Assembly: GCA_963708135.1 (NCBI GenBank)
Contig: OY970192.1
Location: 512,001-576,000 of the forward strand
Length of the DNA: 64,000 bases
From: an uncultured Gemmatimonadales bacterium
GTDB lineage: Bacteria; Gemmatimonadota; Gemmatimonadetes; Longimicrobiales; RSA9
Direction: 5' to 3'
In this document: positions 53,006 to 64,000 of the stretch, in pieces
Position numbering within the stretch: position 1 is the first letter of the stretch
Layout of the letters: every line of letters begins with the position of its first letter
The notes under the pieces: generated by a model
The model's input: the letters and a program-made list of their open reading frames with translations, nothing else
What the model was told of the DNA's origin: nothing
Database searches by the model: none
Translations under genes and position numbers: made by a program

Positions 53006-55486
53006 ATGCCGACACTCTCCGCCGCGCCCCGCCGGCGCGCGTCGCGCTTCCTCGCGACGCTCGCGCTCTTCTCCGCCCTGGCCGCCCCGCTCGCGGCGCA
53101 GGCTCCCTACAAGCTCCCGCCGAAGCAGATCGTCAACATCCTCGACGCGCTGCCGCTGCCGCAGGGGCAGCTCAGCCCGGACCGACAGTGGCTGCTGCTC
53201 GAGCAGCGGCCCAGCATGCCGACCATCGCGGACATGTCCGAGCCGATGTACCGCCTTGCGGGCAACCGCATCGCCCCGGCGACGAACGGCCCGGGGCGCA
53301 CGAACTGGCGCATCCTCTCGCTCTCCCTCGAGCGGGTCTCCGACGGCGCGAAGCGGGAGATCGAGACGCCCGAGGGGGCCATGCTGGGCTGGCCGAGCTG
53401 GTCGCCGGACGGAAAGCGCGTGGCCTTCACGCGCACGACCGGGGACGGCATCGAGCTGTGGGTCGCGGACGCCGCCGCGGGACGGGCGCACCGGCTGGGC
53501 GAGGGCCGCCTGAACGCCACCGGCCCCACGCCCTGTCGCTGGACGCCCGACTCCGCCCACCTGCTCTGCCTGTACGTGCCCGACGGCCGGGGCGCGGAGC
53601 CGCAGGCGCCGAAGGTGCCGATCGGGCCGGTGGTGCAGGAGACGAAGGGGCACGCCGCTCCGGCCCGCACGTACGAGGACCTGCTCGAGACCCCGCACGA
53701 CGAGCAGCTCTACGACTACTACTTCACCTCGCAGCTGGCGCTGGTGGATGCGGCGACGGGCGAGCGCACCTCGCTCGGCGCGCCCGCCGTCTTCGCCGGC
53801 GTGGAGCCTTCGCCCGACGGCCGCTACCTGCTCGTGACGCGCACGGTCCGGCCCTACTCCTACCTCGTGCCCGACGAGGACTTCCCGAAGGTGATCGAGG
53901 TCTGGACGGCGGCGGGCGAGGTGGTGAAGAAGATCGCCGAGCTGCCGCTCGCCGAAACCACGCCGATCCGCGGCGTGCGCACCGGCCCCCGCGACGTGGC
54001 CTGGCGGCCGGACGCGCCGGCCACGCTCGTCTGGGCGGAGGCGCTCGACGGTGGCGACCCGCGCCGGAAGGCGGACTACCGCGACCACGTCGTCGCCCTG
54101 GCTGCGCCGTTTACGGGCGAGCCGGCCGAGCTCGTCAAGCTGGCCGACCGCTACGCGGGCACCGTGTGGGCGCAGCCGGGCCTCGCCATCGTCACCGACT
54201 TCAACTGGGACAAGCGGTGGTCGCGCACCTGGATGGTCAGCGCCGACCACCCGGCCACGGCGCCGCGCAAGCTGTGGGACCGCAGCGCGGAGGACCGCTA
54301 CGGAGATCCGGGCAGCATCGTGACGCGGCCGGGAGAGGGGAGCGGCGGCTCCTTCCGGCGCACGTCGAGCGATGCCGTGGCCGAGCAGAACGGGGACTGG
54401 GTCTACCTGGAGGGCGACGGCGCGGGGCCCACGGGCGAGCGGCCGTTCCTGGACCGCCTCAGCCTGAAGACGCTGAAGACGGAGCGGCTGTGGCGGAGCG
54501 ACCCGGCACACTACGAGTCCGTCGTCGCCCTGCTGGATGATGGCGCCAGGCGGGTGCTCACGCGCCGCGAGTCGGCCACCGAGCCGCCCAACTACTTCGT
54601 GCGTGCCCCGAAGGGCGGCGCGCCGCGCGCGCTGACGGCCTTCAAGGACCCCGCGCCGGAGTTCACGGCCGGGATCCAGAAGAAGGTGGTGGTCTACAAG
54701 CGCGACGATGGCGTGCAGCTCTCGGGCACGCTCTACCTGCCGCCCGGCTACCAGGAGGGGATGCGGCTGCCGGCGGTGATCTGGGCCTACCCGCGCGAGT
54801 TCGTCTCGCGCGCCGCCGCCAGCCAGGTGGTCGGATCCTCCAACCGGTTCACCTTCTTCCGCGGCCCCTCGCAGCTCTTCTTCCTGACCCAGGGCTACGT
54901 GGTCTTCGACGGCCCGACCATGCCGATCCTGGGCGGCGACACGGCAAACAACCACTACGTGGAGCAGCTCGTGGCCAGCGCCAAGGCGGCCGTGGACGAG
55001 CTGGTCTCGCTGGGCGTGGCCGACCGCGACCGCATCGGCGTCGGCGGCCACAGCTACGGCGCCTTCATGACCGCCAACCTGCTCGCGCACTCGGACCTGT
55101 TCCGCGCCGGCATCGCCAGGAGCGGCGCATACAACCGGACCCTCACGCCCTTCGGGTTCCAGAACGAGCGCCGCACCTTCTGGCAGGTGCCGGAGATCTA
55201 TGCCAGGATGTCGCCCTTCTTCCACGCGGACAGCGTGAACGAGCCGCTGCTCATGACGCACGGCATGGCCGACGACAACTCGGGCACCTTCCCGATCCAG
55301 TCCGAGCGCTTCTACGCCGCGCTCAAGGGGCTCGGCAAGACCGTCCGCTTCGTCTACCTGCCGCACGAGGCCCACGGCTACGCCGCCCGCGAGTCGGTCC
55401 TCGACGTCGTGGCGGAAATGCTCGACTGGTTCGACACCTACGTGAAGCACGCGCCGCCGCGGACCGCCGCCACGTCCGACCGGTAG
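53006..55486 (+). CDS. Secreted S9 family peptidase (prolyl oligopeptidase clan; glutamyl peptidase-like)
   Basis: Signal peptide, WAYPREF, GGHSYGAFM, ARSGAYNRTLTPFGFQ, HEAHGY. Confidence 0.92.
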   Translation: MPTLSAAPRRRASRFLATLALFSALAAPLAAQAPYKLPPKQIVNILDALPLPQGQLSPDRQWLLLEQRPSMPTIADMSEPMYRLAGNRIAPATNGPGRTNWRILSLSLERVSDGAKREIETPEGAMLGWPSWSPDGKRVAFTRTTGDGIELWVADAAAGRAHRLGEGRLNATGPTPCRWTPDSAHLLCLYVPDGRGAEPQAPKVPIGPVVQETKGHAAPARTYEDLLETPHDEQLYDYYFTSQLALVDAATGERTSLGAPAVFAGVEPSPDGRYLLVTRTVRPYSYLVPDEDFPKVIEVWTAAGEVVKKIAELPLAETTPIRGVRTGPRDVAWRPDAPATLVWAEALDGGDPRRKADYRDHVVALAAPFTGEPAELVKLADRYAGTVWAQPGLAIVTDFNWDKRWSRTWMVSADHPATAPRKLWDRSAEDRYGDPGSIVTRPGEGSGGSFRRTSSDAVAEQNGDWVYLEGDGAGPTGERPFLDRLSLKTLKTERLWRSDPAHYESVVALLDDGARRVLTRRESATEPPNYFVRAPKGGAPRALTAFKDPAPEFTAGIQKKVVVYKRDDGVQLSGTLYLPPGYQEGMRLPAVIWAYPREFVSRAAASQVVGSSNRFTFFRGPSQLFFLTQGYVVFDGPTMPILGGDTANNHYVEQLVASAKAAVDELVSLGVADRDRIGVGGHSYGAFMTANLLAHSDLFRAGIARSGAYNRTLTPFGFQNERRTFWQVPEIYARMSPFFHADSVNEPLLMTHGMADDNSGTFPIQSERFYAALKGLGKTVRFVYLPHEAHGYAARESVLDVVAEMLDWFDTYVKHAPPRTAATSDR

Positions 55487-55724
55487 CGCCCCCGCGCGCG
55501 CCGCCTGCGTGAGCGGACGCAGCTTCCGCCGTCGGCGGTCCGGGCCCCGCTGCCCGGGCCGCCGGCGCGTCTCCAGGCGGACCGAGGCGGCGGCCGCGAC
55601 CGGCCCCGGCCCACGCGCCGGCCCGCCGCCACCGCGCCGGACGAGCGGCACAAAACACGGCCCGAGCGGGTAGAGTCCCTGGCGGTCCCCGGCCGCGGGG
55701 ACGAGCGCAACAGCAACCGGAACC

Positions 55725-57208
55725 ATGCCCACCATCGAGCCCGTACACGATCCGGAACCGCTCCCGCAGCGACCCGGCGCCGCCCCCTGGTGGGCCGCGC
55801 TCGTCCCGCTCAGCCTGCTGCTCCTCTCGCTCCTCGGGCTCCTGGCCACCGTGATCGTCGCCGATCGGCGCGCGCGCGGCGCGTGGGGCGAGATCTCCGA
55901 GCTCGCCACCCCGGCGGGCACCCTGGTCAACGAGCTGCAGACCGACCTCGCGCGCGAGATGGCCGGCCGCCGCGGCTTCCTGCTCACCGGCACCGCCACC
56001 TTCCGGCAGCGGCTGCGCGCCGCGCAGTTCCGCGAGGAGGTGCAGCTGCGCCGGCTGGCCGAGCTGGCTCCCCGGCTCGGTCCGGAGGTCGAGGGGCGCC
56101 TCGGCGCCGTGCGCGGCCTCGTCGCCCAGTGGCGCTCGCTCGGCCCGATCTCCGAGGGCCAGCACGCTTCCGCCGCTGCGCTCGCCGATGCCACCGCGCG
56201 CGAGCAGCAGCTCTTCGAGGAGACGCTCCTCGGCGTCAGCCGGCTCCAGCAGGCGATCGGTGCTGCCGCCCGGGAGCGCCGCGCCGTGGTCCGGCAGGTC
56301 GACCGCACCGAAAGAGAGGTGGCCATCGCGCTGATCGGCGTGGCCATCCTGGCCGCGGCGCTCTACGTCCGCTTCGCGCGGCAGCTCCGCAGCCTCGCCG
56401 AGCGGGAAGCGGCCGCGGCCGCGCTGTCCGGACGCCGCCGCGCGGAGCTCGAGCGCGTGATGGCCGACATGCAGCGGATGGCGGAAGACAAGACCCGCTT
56501 CATCCGCGGCGTCACGCACGATCTCAAGAACCCGCTCAGCGCCATGGATGCCTACGCGGAGCTGCTCCAGCTGGGCGTGCGCGGGCCGCTCTCGGAAGCG
56601 CAGGCCCAGACGGTCTCGCGGATGCGCGGCTCCGCCCGGGCCATGCTCGCCATCATCGAGGACCTGCTGGAGCTCTCCCGCGCCGACACGGGCCAGCTCC
56701 GCGTGAGCCCCGTGCCCACGGAGGTCGGTCCCGTGCTCGAGGACCTGATCGGCGCTCAGCGGGCCGTTGCGGAGACGCGCGGACTCGCGCTCCACCTCGA
56801 CCTGCCCGACCCGCTCCCCCCATCCGGACGGACGAGCGCCGCGTGCGGCAGGTCCTCGACAACCTGCTCTCCAACGCGCTCAAGTACACCCCGAGCGGCG
56901 GCCGCGTCACCGTGCGCGCCGCCACCAGGGATGCCGGACCCGGCCCGTCGGGCGGCGAGTGGCTCGTCCTCACGGTGGAGGACACGGGCCCGGGCGTGCC
57001 CGCCGAGGAGCAGGAGCACATCTTCGAGGAGTTCTACCGGCTCCACAGCAGCCGTGAAGGAACCGGCCTCGGGCTCGCCATCAGCCGCCGCATCGCCCAC
57101 CTGCTCGGCGGCGACGTCACGATCGACAGCGCGCCCGGCGAGGGTGCCCGCTTCCGTCTCTGGCTGCCGCTCGTGCGCGAGTCGCCGCTCTCCACCAACG
57201 CGGCCTGA
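55725..57208 (+). pseudogene. Membrane sensor histidine kinase with a 1-nt deletion in a C run at 56816-56821 (probably a sequencing error)
   Basis: THDLKNPL H-box in one frame; LDNLLSNALKYT, DTGPGV and GTGLGL in another; C7 would join them. Confidence 0.78.
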
Positions 57209-57301
57209 CTCACCCCCGCGCCCGGACCACGCCGCGCCGCGCCGGGTAGCAAACCGACGGACCCGCACGGTTGACGGGGCCCGACCTCCCCGGCACCTTC
57301 C

Positions 57302-60268
57302 ATGGCTATGCCCGATGAGAAGCTGGTTGTCCGCGGCGCGCGCGAGCACAACCTCAAGAACATAGACGTCGAGATCCCGCGCGACCGGCTGGTGGTGATC
57401 ACCGGGCTGTCCGGCTCGGGCAAGTCGTCGCTCGCCTTCGACACCATCTACGCCGAGGGGCAGCGCCGCTACGTCGAGTCGCTCTCCGCCTATGCCCGGC
57501 AGTTCCTGGGCATCATGGAGAAGCCCGATGTTGACGTCATCGAGGGCCTCTCCCCCGCCATCTCGATCGAGCAGAAGACCACCGGCAGGAATCCGCGCTC
57601 GACGGTCGGTACGGTCACCGAGATCTACGACTACCTGCGCCTCCTCTGGGCGCGCGTGGGCGTGCCCCACTGCCCGAGCTGCGGCCGGCCCGTGGTCCGG
57701 CAGTCCGCCACCCAGATCGTGGACCGGGTGCTCGGCTGGCCGGAGGGGCTGCGCATCGAGGTGCTCGCACCGCTGGTGCGCGGCCGCAAAGGCGAGTTCC
57801 GCGACCTCTTCGAGGAGGCGCGCAAGAAGGGCTTCGTGCGTGCCCGCGTGGACGGCGAGCTCATCGACCTCGAGTCGCCGCCCAAGCTGAACCGGCACCA
57901 GAACCACGACGTCTCCGTGGTCGTGGACCGGCTCGTCGTGCGCGAGGAGGACCGCTCCCGGATGGCCGACTCCGTCGAGACGGCGCTCCGGACCGCCTCG
58001 GGGATCGTCGAGGTCATCGCGCACGGCGGCGAGGAGCTGGAGCGCCACCTCTTCAGCGAGCGCTACGCCTGCGTCCACTGCGGCACGAGCCTGGCCGAGC
58101 TGGAGCCGCGCCAGTTCTCCTTCAACTCGCCCTACGGCGCCTGTCCGGGCTGCGGCGGCCTCGGCACTCGCCGCGAGGTGAACCCGGACCTCGTCACGGG
58201 CGATCCGATCATCTCGCTCCTCGAGGGCGTGATCCTGCCCTGGGGCGAGCCGACCGGCCACCTGCGCCGCTCGATCCTCCCGGGCCTCGCGGAGCACTAC
58301 GGCTTCGACCCGAACCGCCCCTGGGGCGAGCTCCCCGACGAGGTGCGCGCCGCGCTGCTGCACGGCTCGGGAACCACGAAGATCCGCTTCCCCTACCGGA
58401 CCGGCGGCACCGCCGGCCACTACAGCGAGCCGTGGGAGGGGATCCTCGCCCACGTGATGCGCCGCTACGAGGAGACCACCTCCGATGCCGTGCGCGAGCA
58501 GCTCGAGCAGTATATGTCCACGCTTCCCTGCAACGTCTGCGGCGGCACGCGTCTGAAGCCGGAGAGCCTGGCCGTCACGGTCGGCGGCCGCTCCATCGGC
58601 GACATGGTGGACAGCAGCGTGGCCGCGGCGCTCGAGTTCTTCCGCTCGCTCCGCCTCACCGCGCCGCCGGCGACGACCGGCCACGCCGGAGAGCGCCCGT
58701 CCGCCACGGGTGCCGCAGGCGACGGCGCCGCGCCCGCCTCCCGCGCCGCGTCCGCCGGCCCCGACGCCGCCGAGGCGCCGGCGCTCCCGCGCGAGATCGC
58801 GGGCCCGATCCTCAAGGAGGTGACGGAGCGGCTGCGCTTCCTCTCCAACGTGGGGCTCGACTACCTGACGCTCGGCCGCAGCGCGGAGACGCTCTCGGGG
58901 GGCGAGGCGCAGCGGATCCGGCTGGCGACGCAGATCGGCAGCCGCCTGGTGGGCGTGCTCTACATCCTGGACGAGCCCTCGATCGGGCTGCACCAGCGCG
59001 ACAACGAGCGGCTGCTCGGCACGCTGCGCCAGCTGCGCGACCTCGGCAACACCGTGCTCGTCGTCGAGCACGACCGGGACACGATCCTGCACGCCGATTA
59101 CATCGTGGACCTCGGTCCGCGCGCCGGCCGCCACGGCGGCGAGGTCGTGGCCGAGGGCACGCTGCAGGACCTGCTCGCGAGCGAGCGCTCCCTCACCGCC
59201 GCCTACCTGCGCGGCGACCGCGAGATCCCCGTGCCCTCCGCGCGCCGCGCCCCGAACGCCGGCGCCCTCGTCGTGCGCGGCGCGCGTCAGCACAACCTGA
59301 AGAATCTCGACGTTCGCTTCCCGCTCGGCACCTTCACCGCCGTCACGGGGGTCAGCGGCTCGGGCAAGAGCACGCTCGTGAACGAGATCCTCTACAAGGC
59401 GCTCTCGCGCCACTTCTACCGCTCGCGCGTGGCGCCCGGCGCCCACGACGCCATCGAGGGACTGGAGCGGATCGACAAGGTCGTCGACATCGACCAGTCC
59501 CCGATCGGCCGCACGCCTCGCTCCAATCCCGCCACCTACACGGGCCTCTTCACGCCCATCCGCCAGCTCTTCGCCGAGCTGCCGGAGTCGAAGATGCGCG
59601 GCTACAGCCCCGGCCGCTTCTCCTTCAACGTCAAGGGCGGCCGCTGCGAGGCGTGTACCGGCGACGGGCTCATCAAGATCGAGATGCACTTCCTGCCGGA
59701 CGTCTACGTCCCCTGCGACGTCTGTCGCGGCAGGCGCTACAACCGCGAGACCCTCGAGGTCTTCTACAAGGGCCGCACCATCGCGGACGTCCTCGAGATG
59801 ACCGTGGACGAGGCGCTCGAGTTCTTCGACGCCGTGCCCTCGATCCGCCACCGGCTCCAGACGCTCTCCGACGTCGGCCTCGGCTACATCCATCTCGGCC
59901 AGTCCGCCACCACCCTGTCCGGCGGCGAGGCGCAGCGCGTGAAGCTCGCCACCGAGCTGGCCAAGCGCGACACCGGCCAGACCTTCTACATGCTGGACGA
60001 GCCGACCACCGGGCTCCACTTCGAGGACGTCCGCATGCTGCTCGACGTGCTGCACCGCCTCGTGGACAAGGGCAACACGGTCGTCGTGATCGAGCACAAC
60101 CTCGAGGTCGTCAAGACCGCGGACTGGATCATCGACCTCGGCCCCGAGGGCGGCGAGGCGGGCGGCCGCATCGTCGCCGAAGGCACGCCCGAGGCCGTCG
60201 CCGCGAAACCCGTGTCCCACACCGGTCGATTCCTGGCCGAGTCGCTGGGACTCGCGCCGGTGGGGTAG
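57302..60268 (+). CDS. uvrA: Excinuclease ABC subunit A
   Basis: [26 protein letters not shown] twice, Zn fingers. Confidence 0.98.
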   Translation: MAMPDEKLVVRGAREHNLKNIDVEIPRDRLVVITGLSGSGKSSLAFDTIYAEGQRRYVESLSAYARQFLGIMEKPDVDVIEGLSPAISIEQKTTGRNPRSTVGTVTEIYDYLRLLWARVGVPHCPSCGRPVVRQSATQIVDRVLGWPEGLRIEVLAPLVRGRKGEFRDLFEEARKKGFVRARVDGELIDLESPPKLNRHQNHDVSVVVDRLVVREEDRSRMADSVETALRTASGIVEVIAHGGEELERHLFSERYACVHCGTSLAELEPRQFSFNSPYGACPGCGGLGTRREVNPDLVTGDPIISLLEGVILPWGEPTGHLRRSILPGLAEHYGFDPNRPWGELPDEVRAALLHGSGTTKIRFPYRTGGTAGHYSEPWEGILAHVMRRYEETTSDAVREQLEQYMSTLPCNVCGGTRLKPESLAVTVGGRSIGDMVDSSVAAALEFFRSLRLTAPPATTGHAGERPSATGAAGDGAAPASRAASAGPDAAEAPALPREIAGPILKEVTERLRFLSNVGLDYLTLGRSAETLSGGEAQRIRLATQIGSRLVGVLYILDEPSIGLHQRDNERLLGTLRQLRDLGNTVLVVEHDRDTILHADYIVDLGPRAGRHGGEVVAEGTLQDLLASERSLTAAYLRGDREIPVPSARRAPNAGALVVRGARQHNLKNLDVRFPLGTFTAVTGVSGSGKSTLVNEILYKALSRHFYRSRVAPGAHDAIEGLERIDKVVDIDQSPIGRTPRSNPATYTGLFTPIRQLFAELPESKMRGYSPGRFSFNVKGGRCEACTGDGLIKIEMHFLPDVYVPCDVCRGRRYNRETLEVFYKGRTIADVLEMTVDEALEFFDAVPSIRHRLQTLSDVGLGYIHLGQSATTLSGGEAQRVKLATELAKRDTGQTFYMLDEPTTGLHFEDVRMLLDVLHRLVDKGNTVVVIEHNLEVVKTADWIIDLGPEGGEAGGRIVAEGTPEAVAAKPVSHTGRFLAESLGLAPVG

Positions 60269-60472
60269 GCGGACGGCGCGGTGACGCGAGAGGTCTCGTC
60301 CACGGCGCCCGCGGCGCCGGCGCGGGGCGCCTGATCGGCCGCGCGCGGTCCGGCGCGCCGGGGCGCGGTCCCGCCCCTCGTCGCCTTCCACTCCGGGGCC
60401 GCTCTTGCTGAAACCGCAAGGGTTTCGCTACCGTAAGGGAGCCGAAGCGCATCCTCTGCCTCGGAGCCAGTC

Positions 60473-60883
60473 ATGCTGACCCGCGAAGACATCGAAAGCT
60501 TCTTCATCCGCATGGGTGTGGAGTACAACGAGGTCGATGAAGGCCTCTGGGTGCTTCCTTCCGCGGATGATGGGACCAACCTCGTGGTCCGCTACGAGTC
60601 GCCCCTGCTGCTCCTGCGGGTCAAGATCATGACCCTGCCGGAGGACGCGGGGGCCGACGCCCGGCTCGTGCGCCTCTACCGCAGGCTGCTCGAGTTGAAC
60701 GCCACGGACATTGTCCACGGCAGCTACGGCATCGACGCCGACGAGGTGATCCTCTCGCACGCGCTGGAGCTCGAGACCCTCGACTTCCACGAGCTGCGCA
60801 GCTCCTACGAGAGCCTGCTGCTCGCCGCCTCCAGCCACACCCCGGGACTGGTCGAGCTGGTCCCGGTCGCACACGAGGCCTGA
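60473..60883 (+). CDS. CesT/YbjN-like chaperone-fold protein
   Basis: Small acidic protein, LYRRLLELNA...HGSYGI; directly upstream of pspA. Confidence 0.75.
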   Translation: MLTREDIESFFIRMGVEYNEVDEGLWVLPSADDGTNLVVRYESPLLLLRVKIMTLPEDAGADARLVRLYRRLLELNATDIVHGSYGIDADEVILSHALELETLDFHELRSSYESLLLAASSHTPGLVELVPVAHEA

Positions 60884-60887
60884 CCCG

Positions 60888-61676
60888 ATGGGGATCTTCC
60901 AGAAGCTCTCGATGCTCCTGCGCTCGAACATCAACGATGCGATCGCGCGCGCGGAGAACCCGGAGAAGATGCTCAACCAGGTGCTCCTGGACATGCGCGA
61001 GCAGCTCGCCCGCGCCAAGCAGGAGGTTGCCGTGGCCATCGCCGACGAGCGCAAGCTCAAGGCGCAGGTCGAGGAAGAGCAGAAGCAGGCGAACGACTGG
61101 GAGCAGCGCGCCATGCTGGCCGTCCGCGAGGGGCGAGACGACCTGGCCAAGCAGGCTCTGCTGCGGCAGCAGGAGCACGGTGAGCGTGCCTTCTCGCTCC
61201 AGGACACCTGGCAGCGGCAGGCGGCCGAGACGGACAAGCTCAAGGAGTCGCTGCGCCAGCTGAACGACAAGATCGAGGAGGCCAAGCGCAAGAAGAACCT
61301 CCTCGTAGCCAAGCAGAAGCGCGCGCAGGCGCAGAAGCGCATCCACGAGACCATGGCCGGCCTCTCCGACCGCTCCGCGTTCGAGACCTTCGAGCGCATG
61401 GCCGAGCGCATCGAGGAGTCGGAGCGCCGCACCCTCGCCGCCGCCGAGGTGAGCGAGACGCTGGCCGCCGGGGACACGCTCGAGCGCGAGTTCGAGAAGC
61501 TCGGCGCCGCCCCCGGCGGCGATGTCGAGCAGCGGCTCCTGCAGCTCAAGCAGCAGATGGGGCTGCCGCTCCCGCCCGGTGCGGCGCCCGAGCAGCCCAG
61601 GCGGCTGAGCGCGCCAACGGTCGAGGACGAGGACGTCGGAGAGGTGCACGACGCGCAGGTGGAGGAGGAGGCCTAG
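60888..61676 (+). CDS. pspA: PspA/IM30 family protein
   Basis: MGIFQKL..LLRSNIN..I.RAENPEKML, long coiled coil, FERMAERI. Confidence 0.93.
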   Translation: MGIFQKLSMLLRSNINDAIARAENPEKMLNQVLLDMREQLARAKQEVAVAIADERKLKAQVEEEQKQANDWEQRAMLAVREGRDDLAKQALLRQQEHGERAFSLQDTWQRQAAETDKLKESLRQLNDKIEEAKRKKNLLVAKQKRAQAQKRIHETMAGLSDRSAFETFERMAERIEESERRTLAAAEVSETLAAGDTLEREFEKLGAAPGGDVEQRLLQLKQQMGLPLPPGAAPEQPRRLSAPTVEDEDVGEVHDAQVEEEA

Positions 61677-61682
61677 CGCCGG

Positions 61683-62834
61683 ATGAATCGCCGCCCCTAC
61701 GGCGTCCTGATCGCGACCATCTTCGCGCTGCTGCTGCTCCTCTTCCTCTACAGCATCGCGGAGATCCTGCTCCTCCTCTTCGTCGCGGTCCTGCTCTCGC
61801 TCTACCTGGGCGCGATCACGGACGCGCTGCAGCGCCGGCTCGGGGTGCCGCGCGGCCTCGGGCTGGCGATCTCCGTGGTTTTCACCCTGCTCATCGTCGC
61901 CGGCATCGCCTTCCTGATCATCCCCCCCGTGCTCCAGCAGACGCAGGAGCTCCTCACGCTGTTGCCGGCCCAGCTCGAGAAGTGGGAGAGGCAGATCCAC
62001 CTCCTCGCGGAGCACCAGCCGCTGGTCGGCCAGATCCTCGGGCCCGTCAAGGAGGGCGAGAGCTACGTCGGCCCGATCCTGCAGCAGATCGGCGGCTACT
62101 TCCACGGCTTCGTGCCCTACGTGTTCGGCGGCTTCCAGGCCCTCGTCCACTTCATCGGCGTGCTGGTCATGGCCATCTACATGGCCTACCGCCCGGCCCT
62201 CTACCGCGAGGGCTTCATCCTGCTCATGCCGCCAGTCCACCGCGAGCTCGCGCGCGACCTGCTCTCGGACCTCGGCAACACGCTGCGCGCCTACATCGTC
62301 GGGCAGCTGATCGCCATGGGCTTCCTCGGCCTGCTCTCCTGGATCGGCTACCTCGTCGTGCGCGTGCCCTTCGCCCTCGCCTTCGCCGTCTTCACCGGCA
62401 CCGTCTCCATCGTGCCCGTCTTCGGGACCCTCTTCTCGACCGCGCTCCCGGCCATCATCGTGCTCGGCACCACCGGACTCGGGAAGGCGCTCCTCGTGGC
62501 GCTGGTCGGACTCATCGTCCACATCATGGAGTCCAACTTCGTGGGCCCCATGATCATGGAGCGGCAGGTCCAGCTCCCGCCCGTGCTCACGCTGCTCAGC
62601 GTGCTCGTCATGGGCCACCTCCTCGGCATCGTCGGCCTGCTCGTGGCCGTCCCCGTGCTCGCCATGGTCATGGTCATCGTGCGCCGGATCTACGTCTACC
62701 GGATCCTCGAGGGGAAGGGCTTCCGCCGCGCCATCCGCGACCAGCCCGTGGAGATCCGGCTCCCCTCCGACGGCGCCGTGCTGGTCCACCCCGGCACCCT
62801 CGAGTCGAGCATTCCCAGCCTGCTGGAGAGCTGA
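61683..62834 (+). CDS. AI-2E family transporter
   Basis: Multi-TM; IVPVFG, ESNFVGPMIM, LGIVGLLVAVP. Confidence 0.9.
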   Translation: MNRRPYGVLIATIFALLLLLFLYSIAEILLLLFVAVLLSLYLGAITDALQRRLGVPRGLGLAISVVFTLLIVAGIAFLIIPPVLQQTQELLTLLPAQLEKWERQIHLLAEHQPLVGQILGPVKEGESYVGPILQQIGGYFHGFVPYVFGGFQALVHFIGVLVMAIYMAYRPALYREGFILLMPPVHRELARDLLSDLGNTLRAYIVGQLIAMGFLGLLSWIGYLVVRVPFALAFAVFTGTVSIVPVFGTLFSTALPAIIVLGTTGLGKALLVALVGLIVHIMESNFVGPMIMERQVQLPPVLTLLSVLVMGHLLGIVGLLVAVPVLAMVMVIVRRIYVYRILEGKGFRRAIRDQPVEIRLPSDGAVLVHPGTLESSIPSLLES

Positions 62835-62915
62835 CCCGGCTCCGTTTCCGAGCACGCTTTCCTGCAGAAGCCCTTCATCGGCGTTTGCGCCTGCGTCTTT
62901 GCCTGCGCCCGCGCC

Positions 62916-64000
62916 CTATCTCACCAGCGCCTTCCACACCATCGCCGAGATCTCGGCGCCCACTGTCTTGGCCGCCTTTTCATCCCTGTAGCCGTGCGTC
63001 ATCACGACCAGCACGTAGGGCGCGCGGTGCGGTGGGTAGACGATGGCGCCGTCGTGCTGGATCCCCGTGATCCAGCCGGTCTTGTGCGCCACGGGCGTGC
63101 CGGCGGGGAGCCCCGCCGGGATCATGTCGTTGAATTCCTGCTCCGAGAGGATGTCGGTCATGTCGCGACAGTCGGGGGGCGTGGCCGCGTCGCAGCGAGC
63201 CACCACCTCGAGCACGCGCGCGAGCGCGGCGGCCGTGGTCCGGTTGTTCATCCCGCGGTTGAACGCCGGGATGTCCTCGACCCCGCGCAGCACGTGCATG
63301 CCGTCGGCGCCGATCGCTTGCATCTCTGCCGCCACGCTGTCGGCCGTCACCAGATCGATCAGGTTGTTCGTGGCCAGGTTTGAGGAGCGCACGATCATGC
63401 GCCGAGCCAGCTCGCGGATCGGCAGCCTCGTGCCCACCCGCCGGTACAGCTCCAGCTCGCTGTCGTCCTTCGGGCTGAGCGAGTAGCTCGAGCCGTCCGC
63501 GATGCTCCTGAACGTGTTCTTCACCACCACCGAATCATCCAGCGAGAAGCGCCCCGCGGCCGCCTGCCGGTACAGCTCCAGCAGCACGGGCACCTTCATC
63601 GTGCTCGCGGCGTGCATCTCCACCTCGTCGTTCACGCCGATCGCCTCGCCGCTGCCCAGGTCCACCAGCCGGACGGCTACGGTGTCCGGCGCCTCCGCCG
63701 CCACGCGTGCGCGGATCCGCCGCTCGAGCGAGCGCCACGCCGCGCCCGTCACGCCGCTGCCGGCGCGGGGATCGTCCGCCGCGAGCGGCGGATAGAGCAG
63801 CGCAGGCCGGCGCCGCGCCTCGAACGCCGTCCGCTGGGCCGCCCACGGGGCCACGATCTCCTCGAGGGGCGCGTTCCGCTCGATCATGCCGCGCAGCCGG
63901 TCCGTGCCGGCGAGGCGGTCGAAGTGCTTCGGGATCCAGCGCAGGCTGTCCGGCGCGGCCGCGTGGATCTCCAGCAGCGCCGCCACGCTTGCCCGAACCG
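62916..64000 (-). CDS. C-terminal part of a fusion: DUF1343/NamZ-like C-terminus plus class A beta-lactamase-like serine hydrolase
   Basis: FDRLAGTD.LR...F...R...LLY reads directly into ASTMK, SSN and HKTG motifs; open to the window end. Confidence 0.8.
   Translation of the reverse strand, partial: VRASVAALLEIHAAAPDSLRWIPKHFDRLAGTDRLRGMIERNAPLEEIVAPWAAQRTAFEARRRPALLYPPLAADDPRAGSGVTGAAWRSLERRIRARVAAEAPDTVAVRLVDLGSGEAIGVNDEVEMHAASTMKVPVLLELYRQAAAGRFSLDDSVVVKNTFRSIADGSSYSLSPKDDSELELYRRVGTRLPIRELARRMIVRSSNLATNNLIDLVTADSVAAEMQAIGADGMHVLRGVEDIPAFNRGMNNRTTAAALARVLEVVARCDAATPPDCRDMTDILSEQEFNDMIPAGLPAGTPVAHKTGWITGIQHDGAIVYPPHRAPYVLVVMTHGYRDEKAAKTVGAEISAMVWKALVR

Overview
Very GC-rich bacterial chromosomal window. 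The gene content (SusC/SusD pair, short lipoproteins, yebC-ruvCAB-queA-tgt-yajC-def-fmt-thiESG-rsmB cluster, TamA/TamB, efp, uvrA, pspA) resembles Gemmatimonadota; this taxonomy is an inference. About 58 mostly housekeeping CDS; no tRNA, rRNA, CRISPR or transposase seen. The standout feature is queA interrupted by seven tandem copies of a 234-bp imperfect palindromic element (27821-29457). The element is stop-free in all six frames, is bounded by a GGAGA direct repeat and carries a G8 tract that is G7 in the last copy. Removing it precisely restores a normal 354-aa QueA. A diverged solo homologue lies upstream of efp, which points to a dispersed gene-invading repeat family. Also present: a small hairpin array with a compensatory base-pair change (10131-10301), a long structured spacer before yebC, short-tandem-repeat patches in intergenic gaps, a NamZ-like/serine-hydrolase fusion, and four single-base frameshifts that may be sequencing errors.
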